Origin: a virus
Taxonomy: Duplodnaviria > Heunggongvirae > Uroviricota > Caudoviricetes
Length of the DNA: 14,710 bases
Direction: 5' to 3' (one strand)
IMG/VR virus record: IMGVR_UViG_2534682094_000013
The position numbers were made by a program, and so were the translations under genes. Of this stretch, positions 8,373-14,710 are shown in pieces. The notes beneath the pieces are model-generated. The model saw only the letters and a list, made by a program, of their open reading frames with translations. It searched no databases and was not told the DNA's origin. Position 1 is the first letter of the stretch; every line of letters begins with the position of its first letter.

Positions 8373-9153
8373 TCAGTCGTTAACCGCGCTTCGCCTTCTG
8401 CGTCGCGGTGGTTTTTCGTGTTGCAGGCTTCCGCGTTGTCTTTTTACTTTTGCTGCTTTCGTCCTGCGCCTGCTGTGCGCTGGCGTCTTCTGGTCGGCTG
8501 CGGAATCGGCTTTTTTCAGGGCGCGGGAAAGGGTTGCAATCTCGCGTTTCACACCTGCGTTCGGGTTCAGGTGCATGCTTCGCGCAGCAGCTTCAGTGAA
8601 GGCCATGTGTCGCATCTCAGCCACGCGGGCAAAGGCGCACGCTTGCATAATTTGGCGCGACTTCGTCCGGCATGTCCTGGTCGGTGACAATCTCCGGAGG
8701 GTGTCCAGGGTTCGATAAAGGCGGAAAATCCGCGTCGGCATCCGCCCGGCCTGCGTCAGTACCGGTTCAGATTTCTTCGGTCAGACGTGGCAGCAGTACG
8801 GCCAAAGTTATCCGGCATATGAGGTTTGACGGACCACATACGCCCATACGCACGCAGCGGAAGATCGCCCAGTCAATCGCCCACACCATCAGCGTGGCAA
8901 TCACTTCATCCTGCTGCCCGCCGTCAGCCTCCAGCGTTCCCTCAATCCAGCCGGAAAAATCCGGCAACAACTCTTTTTTGATGGCGGCTTTCGCGCTTCT
9001 GGCCTGTACGCCCTTAAGCCGGGCCTGTGCCAGACGCAGACGATACAGCACCTCTTCATGCGCGGTACGCGCGGCGTGGTCCACGCCTTCATTCGCCCGG
9101 CCTGCGCGCTGTGCCATCACGTTCTGCCAGTGTTGCTGTGCAGGAGTAATCAT
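8373..9153 (-). pseudogene. Terminase small (endonuclease) subunit gpM, at least two frameshifts
   Basis: N-terminal fragment 8767..9153 (MITPAQQHWQNVMAQRAG...KKELLPDFSGWIEG...) and C-terminal fragment in 8373..8741 (...HLNPNAGVKREIATLSRALKK... with a basic tail) both match P2 gpM. The middle lies in another frame. Confidence 0.8.
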
Positions 9154-9170
9154 TTGTTCTCTCCGTTACA

Positions 9171-9189
9171 GGCGGGCATGATGCCCGCC
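9171..9189. other. GC-rich hairpin in the N-M intergenic spacer
   Basis: GGCGGGCA-TGA-TGCCCGCC: 8-bp perfect stem with 3-nt loop, between the capsid gene stop (9216) and M start (9153). No U-tract on the transcribed strand. Confidence 0.35.
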
Positions 9190-9215
9190 GTGAGTTGATT
9201 AGCTGTCGGCGAACT

Positions 9216-10250
9216 TCAGACCAGTGACCATGCGCACTTGCCATAGTCTTCAACGACATAAGCGTCATTGATGGACTGGTAGGTGGCGATGCGGTTGTAT
9301 TCCGGCTCGTCTTTCATCAGGCGACGCATTGAGCCTCTCTGCCAGTAAATTGACAGGTTGTTGAATGAGGTGATCAGCATCGTTGCATCCGGGAAGAACG
9401 GCGCAAGGAATACATCCAGCCCGCCAATGGTGCGCGATGACAGGATGAGCTGTCCGGCGAGTAATTCCGCATTGGGATTCTGGCCGCTGATGCTGTTCAG
9501 CACGGGCAGGCGTAGCGAGTTAAACAGGTTGCGCCCCATAATCACCACGAGGTCGTCAGCTTCCTTGTGCCATTCATCCAGCAGGGATGAGCGTGCGTCC
9601 TGTACCAGTGCATCAGCGTTCGCATACTTACCCGCGTGCGCCACGGTGTTGTCCATGTTGCGGGAGGTCAGCGTCACGTCATTCATAACGCGCTCGCTGG
9701 CGTCGGTTCTGATGTGCTCCAGCCAGCCCACGTTAACGTCCTGAAGCAGCTTGTTGGTGCTGAAGTTGGACTCATCCGCGTGAGACGTGCCGTTGAAACC
9801 GATCATGATGCGGTCAAGCGCCACCTGTCGGGCAATCTGTGCGCTGATGCGGGACTGAAAATCAGGGTGTGCCGACCAGGCATCAAGCTTCGGATACGAA
9901 ATAAACGTGTCGTAGTTCACCTGTTCGCACTGGTATTTGCGGTTTTTCAGATCAACCACGTTATTCGGGTTACGGCGTTTTGTGCCGTCATAACTGGTAT
10001 TCGTGCGTGCAATTGGCCCGGTGGTGTCCAGGAGGATTTTTTCGCCTTTCTGGTCGGTCACGCCGATCACGTTAATTCTTTTTGTAAATTCGGTACTTTC
10101 CTTTGAGGCGTTTTCAAAACGCTGCTGTACCGAGGGTTCCACGGTAAATCGCGATACCAGTGCAGATACCGGGATATTGTTAAGCGACGCCTGCTGCGCC
10201 ATATAGCAACCCAGCTTGTTGCGGGTAATATCTGACATCACCAGATTCAT
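9216..10250 (-). CDS. Major capsid protein gpN
   Basis: Intact ORF with strong P2 gpN similarity throughout (FTVEPSV...QKGEKI...NRKYQCEQVNYD...LQDVNVGWL...DDLVVIMGR...MLITSFNNLSIYWQ...YVVEDY). Start is taken at ATG 10250 (AAGGAG 8 nt upstream), not the track's 10304. Confidence 0.9.
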   Translation of the reverse strand: MNLVMSDITRNKLGCYMAQQASLNNIPVSALVSRFTVEPSVQQRFENASKESTEFTKRINVIGVTDQKGEKILLDTTGPIARTNTSYDGTKRRNPNNVVDLKNRKYQCEQVNYDTFISYPKLDAWSAHPDFQSRISAQIARQVALDRIMIGFNGTSHADESNFSTNKLLQDVNVGWLEHIRTDASERVMNDVTLTSRNMDNTVAHAGKYANADALVQDARSSLLDEWHKEADDLVVIMGRNLFNSLRLPVLNSISGQNPNAELLAGQLILSSRTIGGLDVFLAPFFPDATMLITSFNNLSIYWQRGSMRRLMKDEPEYNRIATYQSINDAYVVEDYGKCAWSLV

Positions 10251-10272
10251 AAAAATTTGCTCCTTTGTCTTA

Positions 10273-11047
10273 TCAGAAGTCAGCCAGCTGGTCGGAGGCT
10301 GCACCTGTTGCGGTGAACCGGTTCTGCGGATCGCCGTCCTGCGTGCGCAGTTTTTCCTTCAGTGCTGTCAGCTCTGTGGTCAGTGACGTGATTTTCTGGC
10401 GGTCCTGCTGATGGCGGGTTTCCAGCACATTAAAACGGTCGATAATGTCGGCCTGTGACGTTGCGACCCTTCCACGCTTCCTGAATACGGGAGAAACTGG
10501 CGTCATCCGCTTTGCGGCCACGACCAATAATCCCCATACGCGGTTAAACCACTGGGTGCCTTCTTCCTGCGTTGTTCGATTCGATATTCGACTCATGCCG
10601 GAACGCTCCCCTGACGTTGAAGTCATAGCTACGTTGTGTGCCGAAACAGCGTCGTGCCCAGGCTGCGGGGTGTCGGTCATGCCAGCCCGCAGTAGGCCCC
10701 CGTAGGACTGGGTCAGTCATACTGGAATAGATTTTCTTGCCGTCCGCGACAAGCTGCTTCATGCGCTCGGTCGGTTCGATTTCTGCATACAGCGCAGTAC
10801 GTCCGGCCAGCGGACCTTCCGTAATGTCTTCCGTACTCAGTGCGGTGACATCGCCCATTGCGGAAAATTCGCTTGACGGGCATGGCGAGAGATAGTGCTC
10901 AACGTTCACGCGGGCAGCGTAAACATCCGGGTTGAAGTTCTCGGCGGCTTCACGCAGATGTACCGGGCTGATTTCGCGGCCATCAACAGTTGATCCGGAG
11001 ACAGCCACGCGAAACTTTTTGCGGGATGTCTTTTTTTCATTAGCCAT
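10273..11047 (-). pseudogene. Capsid scaffold protein gpO, frameshifted
   Basis: N-terminal fragment in 10544..11080 (MANEKKTSRKKFRVAVSGSTVDGREISPVHLREAAENFNPDVYAARVNVEHY...) and C-terminal fragment in 10273..10680 (...LTTELTALKEKLRTQDGDPQNRF...) match gpO. The centre is out of frame, and the 775-nt span is not a multiple of 3. Confidence 0.8.
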
Positions 11048-11201
11048 AGTTTTTGCCCCTCTGACTGGTTCTTCAGTCATGATGGCAAAGCGTAACAGGC
11101 TGACACAAAGGGCTTTTGTTGTAAGAAAACGGCCAGAACAGGGGGTTAAGGAGAACAGTTTCGCGCGCGGGTAATCTTCCTGTAATTACTCAGGGGGAGC
11201 A
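11048..11201. promoter_or_regulatory. Divergent intergenic region between O (-) and P (+); expected site of the two late promoters
   Basis: 154-bp gap between divergently oriented operons. Contains an imperfect dyad ACAAAGGGCTTTTGT (about 11104..11119) and a strong SD (GGGGGAG) before the P start. In P2 both late promoters here depend on Ogr; no consensus match is claimed. Confidence 0.4.
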
Positions 11202-12940
11202 ATGATTCAGGACGCTTTTGTGCGCCAGCGTGCGCGGCAACTTTACTGGCAGGGTTATCCGCCCGCAGAAATATCACGTCTGATGGGAATAAACCCGAAC
11301 ACGATTTATGCGTGGAAAAAACGCGACCAGTGGGATGAAACGCCACCCGTGCAGCGTGTCACGCAGTCCATCGATGCGCGCCTCATCCAGCTCACTGAAA
11401 AACAGAATAAAACAGGTGGTGACTTCAAGGAAATAGACCTGCTGACCCGGCAGCTTAAAAAACTGCATGATGGCCAGCCGGATGTGATGGCCGCAGGAAA
11501 GAAAGGCCGGGCGAAAAAACTTAAAAATCATTTCACGCCGGAACAGATTGCCGCACTGCGGGAAAAAATCATCAGCAGGCTGGAGTGGCATCAGCGGGGC
11601 TGGTTTGACTCCCTGACACTTTGCAGGGAAGCCGGGATACGTAACAGGATGATCCTGAAATCCCGACAGATTGGGGCGACCTGGTATTTTGCACAGGAAG
11701 CCTGCTGATGGCGCTGCGTGACGATGTGGCGCAACCTTACCAGCGTAACCAGATTTTTTTGTCTGCGTCGCGTCGTCAGGCGTTCCAGTTTAAAAGCATT
11801 ATTCAGAAGGCCGCGGCTGAAGTTGATGTGGAGCTGAAAGGGGGCGATAAAATCATCCTCTCCAACGGCGCAGAGCTGCATTTTCTCGGCACTTCTGCTG
11901 CGTCGGCACAGTCCTATACGGGCAATTTTTATTTTGATGAATTTTTCTGGGTCAGTCGCTTTGCCGAACTGCGCAAGGTGGCTGGCGCTATGGCAACCCT
12001 CAGCGGACTGCGGCGCACCTACTTCTCCACGCCATCCACCGAAACGCACGAGGCTACGCCTACTGGAACGGCGACCGCTGGAACGAGAAAAAGGCCCGCA
12101 TAAACGCCAGCGTTTTTCTGTGGACTGGAAAACGCTGCATAACGGGCTTATCTGCCCTGACCGGACTGGCGGCAAATTGTCACGCTGGAAGATGTGGTTA
12201 ACACGGCTGGAAACACACCAATATCGACGAAATTCGTGATGAAAACACCGAAGACGAGTTCCTCAATCTCTATATGTGTGAGTTTGTCCGCGAAGGGGAA
12301 TCGGCATTTAACCTGAATATCCTGATTGGCTGCGGTGTTGACGGATACGACGACTGGAAAGACTGGAAACCTTTTGCTCCCCGCCCATGGGGAATCGTCC
12401 GGTATGGATTGGGTATGACGCAAACGGCAGCAGTGGCAACGGCGACAGCGGCGCTGTGTCCGTGGTGGTTCCTCCGGCTGTTCCTGGTGGCCGTTTTCGA
12501 ACGGTGGAACGCGACGCGTTCAGGGGCTGGAGTTTGAAGAACAGGCCAGAGTCATTGAAGAGTTCACGTGTCGCTACAACGTGGAACACATCGGCATTGA
12601 TGTGACGGGCGGGAACGGGGAGGCTGTTTATCAGATAGTGAACGTTTTTCCCTGCGCTATTCCGTACACCTTCACGCTGTCATCAAACGGTCGCTGGTAC
12701 TGAAAATGCTGCAAATAATGCGTGCCGGCGTGGGAATACGATCGCGCCGAACGCGAGCTGGTCGCGGCCTTTAACGCCGTGCGTAAGGTGAAAACACCGG
12801 GCGGCTTTATCACTTACGAAACGGACCGCGCGAGGGGGATCAGCCACGGCGACCTTGCGTGGGCAACCATGCTTGCTGTCATTAACGAACCAATTGGCGG
12901 CGAAGGAGAAAACGAGCGTTTCACGGTTATGGAGTTCTGA
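11202..12940 (+). pseudogene. Terminase ATPase (large) subunit gpP, at least five frameshifts
   Basis: Fragments 11202..11708, 11708..12103, 12274..12537, 12387..12605 and 12722..12940 each match consecutive parts of P2 gpP (QLYWQGYPPAEI..., NQIFLSASRRQAFQFK...GNFYFDEFFWV..., MCEFVREGESAFNLNILIGCGVDGYDDWKDWKPFAPRP, GNRPVWIGYDANGSSGNGDS..., ...SHGDLAWATMLAVINEP...). The 1739-nt span is not a multiple of 3. Confidence 0.85.
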
Positions 12941-13983
12941 TGAGCAGAAAAAATAAAAAAGTGCGCATGAGTTCACGCATTGATCTCGCTGATGCGCTCA
13001 GGAAAGAATCGTCGCTCAGTGCATTCACATTTGATGGCCTTATCGCCTGACCGGGCATGACCTGCTGGATAATATGTACTGTGCTGATAACGGGCGGTGG
13101 TATGAAACCCCGGTGGACTGGTACGGTCTGGCAAGAGCTGCCCGGCAAACGTCCTGGCATCAGTCTGCGCTTTACTTTAAGCGCAATGTATTGCTCGGTT
13201 GCTACATCCCGCACCCGCTGCTTTCCCGGCAGGATTTCTCGGCGTGGCGCTGGACTGGTTTGTGTTCGGTAACGCATTCCTTGAGCTTCGGAGCAATATG
13301 CTCGGCGAACCACTTAAATTACGGCACGCACTGGCGAAATACATGCGACGCGGAAGCGATCTTGAATCATGGTGGTATGTGCAGGATGGCAAGGACGCGT
13401 TTCAGTTTCGCCCTGGCAAAGTGTGCCACCTGATGAATCCGGACATTAACCAGGAAATTTACGGCATGCCGGAATATCTTGGCGCATTACTCTCGGCCAG
13501 CCTGTCTCATTCGGCGGACATGTTCAGAAAACTGTATTACGACAATGGATCCCACGCCGGGTGCATCATCTACATCGGTGCAGCGCAGGTAAACCGCGAA
13601 AGCATGGACTCCCTGAAAGAAACGTTACAGGGTGCGCGTGGTGGTGGGCGTTTAAAAACGTGCTCATCCATGCGCCCAACGGGGGCAAAGAGGGGGTGCA
13701 AATTTTGCCGTTCCAGCAGATCACCGCAAAGGATGAGTTCATGAATGTTAAGGCGGCATCCCGTGATGATGTGCTGGCTGCGCACCGCGTTCCGCCGCAA
13801 CTGATGGGGGCGATGCCGGGCGAAAAAAGTGCGTTTGGTGATGTGGAGAAGGCCGCGCGGGTTTACGCAATTAACGAGCTGATGCCCGTCATGGAGGCCA
13901 TGAAGCACATCAATGACTGGCTTGGCGAAGAGGTGATCCGCTTTAACCCTTACGCACTGTTAGACACCCAGCCCACATCCTGA
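12940..13983 (+). pseudogene. Portal protein gpQ, at least three frameshifts
   Basis: ATG at 12940 overlaps the P stop (ATGA). gpQ-like segments lie in frames 12940..13048 (MSRKNKKVRMSS...), 13074..13433 (...NGRWYETPVDWYGLA...YFKRNVLLGCYIPHPLLSRQDFS), 13199..13744 (...DWFVFGNAFLE...NPDINQEIYGMPEYL...YYDNGSHAG...) and 13561..13983 (...KNVLIHAPNGGKEGVQILPF...AAHRVPPQLMG...). Confidence 0.85.
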
Positions 13984-14009
13984 CGCGCTTCGCTTGTCTG
14001 CTGCTTCGC

Positions 14010-14034
14010 CGGGGCATAAAAAATTTATGCCCCG
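14010..14034. other. Perfect hairpin just downstream of the portal gene (possible terminator or protein-binding element)
   Basis: CGGGGCATAAA-AAA-TTTATGCCCCG: 11-bp perfect stem, 27 nt after the Q stop. No flanking T-tract on either strand. Confidence 0.4.
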
Positions 14035-14407
14035 ACTCTCCAGCTCCTGTATCAGTCAGATAATTTCACGACGCTTTCCTGCTTATTGCCATCATCGACA
14101 GTCAGACTCTTACGCAATCCCACCGCGTTGACTGCATGTTCTCGCCGTCTCAGTGCGATTTTGACGGCCTTACCTTTCACCCCATCAAATCAAAAGCCCT
14201 CACGTCTTTTTCACGCTCAGCGTGAGAAATATAGCCATTCTGTTGTGTCGCTGCGACATCGTTCAGGGGATGCTATTTACCCCCTGAAACGCGGGCTGTT
14301 CCCCCGTCACCTGCGCGCAGAAAAAACGCGTTTTTTTGTGCACGCACGGATCCTTGACGGATCCAGCCGCCATGCGGGCCGGAAGGGCAAAAAGTCGTTC
14401 AAAAAAA

Positions 14408-14434
14408 TTGTGCAAATTTGTGCACTATTGTGCA
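14408..14434. repeat. Three direct TTGTGCA repeats phased at exactly 10 bp
   Basis: TTGTGCA at 14408, 14418 and 14428 (aTTGTGCAaat TTGTGCActa TTGTGCAaac), at the point where composition switches to AT-rich. Confidence 0.5.
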
Positions 14435-14557
14435 AACCGAACGGAGTGTTTATTTATAGAAAAATTGAGCCTATGTATACGACGTTGCTTATAAATACAT
14501 CCCTGACTGTTATGTGAAAATATGCAAAGAAAATTACATGCTATGGAGATGAGAGTT

Positions 14558-14597
14558 ATAACGACCTTTTCTACTTATTTGTAAAAGAGGTCGTTAT
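14558..14597 (+). promoter_or_regulatory. Hairpin that would sequester the SD and start codon of the downstream small ORF
   Basis: 5' arm ATAACGACCTTTT (14558..14570) pairs with 3' arm AAGAGGTCGTTAT (14585..14597): 13 bp with one G-U pair, 14-nt loop. The 3' arm contains AAGAGG and the AT of the ATG at 14596. Confidence 0.4.
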
Positions 14598-14691
14598 GTA
14601 TAAAGTTAAATTATTTTTTACTCTTGATATGTGTAAAAAATATAGCTTTGATGTTTATATTTTATTAGAATACATTATTTATCCTCTTTAA
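14596..14691 (+). CDS. Hypothetical 31-aa peptide (MYKVKLFFTLDMCKKYSFDVYILLEYIIYPL)
   Basis: ATG preceded by AAGAGG at 6-nt spacing; 31 codons to TAA at 14689..14691, in the AT-rich terminal segment. Not in the supplied track (under 60 aa). Could be a chance ORF. Confidence 0.3.
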   Translation: MYKVKLFFTLDMCKKYSFDVYILLEYIIYPL

Positions 14692-14710
14692 TGATTTTGT
14701 TATAGTCAAA

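Noticed and set aside
8019-8687. 222-aa + strand ORF
   Set aside because: Antisense to head completion L and terminase M, low-complexity Arg/Ser/Pro-rich translation; GC-rich antisense artefact.
9358-10206. Several + strand ORFs of 67-156 aa
   Set aside because: Antisense to the well-supported major capsid gene N.
11591-12175. 194-aa - strand ORF
   Set aside because: Entirely antisense to the terminase ATPase gene, whose homology accounts for this DNA.
2840-13983. Programmed ribosomal frameshifting as the explanation for the split genes
   Set aside because: Too many genes are affected, the sites are not slippery heptamers, and these genes are single-frame in P2. Indels (real or artefactual) are the simpler explanation.
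13984-14400. Canonical P2/186-type 19-nt cohesive end (GGCGAGGCGGGGAAAGCAC-like, recalled from memory)
   Set aside because: I looked for this motif and its reverse complement around the expected cos position and did not find it; cos may be diverged or the remembered sequence imperfect, so no cos is annotated.
14086-14517. 143-aa + strand ORF in the post-portal region
   Set aside because: TTG start with no SD, basic low-complexity translation, and it spans the palindrome cluster and the composition switch; more likely non-coding regulatory DNA.
1-14710. CRISPR arrays, tRNA or rRNA genes, integrase or att sites
   Set aside because: No regularly spaced repeat-spacer array, no tRNA-like structure and no recombinase-like ORF seen; the window is internal to the prophage.

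Overview
This window is the late-gene (virion, lysis and packaging) module of a P2-like (Peduovirus-type) prophage from an enterobacterial-type genome, called from reading the ORF translations against remembered P2 protein families; no search was run. The minus strand carries, in P2 order, scaffold O, major capsid N, terminase small subunit M, head completion L, tail protein X, holin, endolysin, spanins LysB/LysC, tail completion R and S, baseplate V/W/J/I, tail fibre H and tail-fibre assembly G. The plus strand carries the divergent terminase ATPase P and portal Q, plus a 5'-truncated gpU-like tail gene at the left edge that converges on G. Only G, H, N, X, the spanins, the endolysin and the holin read as intact ORFs. 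The other thirteen (I, J, W, V, S, R, L, M, O, P, Q) are each broken into two or more frames by single-base frameshifts; the five junctions I traced by hand (in W, S, R and two in Q) are 1-nt deletions, four of them at short G/C runs. That pattern fits either homopolymer indel errors in the assembly or a decaying cryptic prophage, and I cannot tell which from sequence alone. The most interesting region is the right end: downstream of the portal gene there is a non-coding stretch dense in perfect palindromes, then an abrupt drop to AT-rich DNA with three phased TTGTGCA repeats and a 31-codon ORF whose ribosome-binding site is buried in a 13-bp hairpin. This position corresponds to a known P2 accessory-gene hotspot, and any cargo lies mostly beyond the window.
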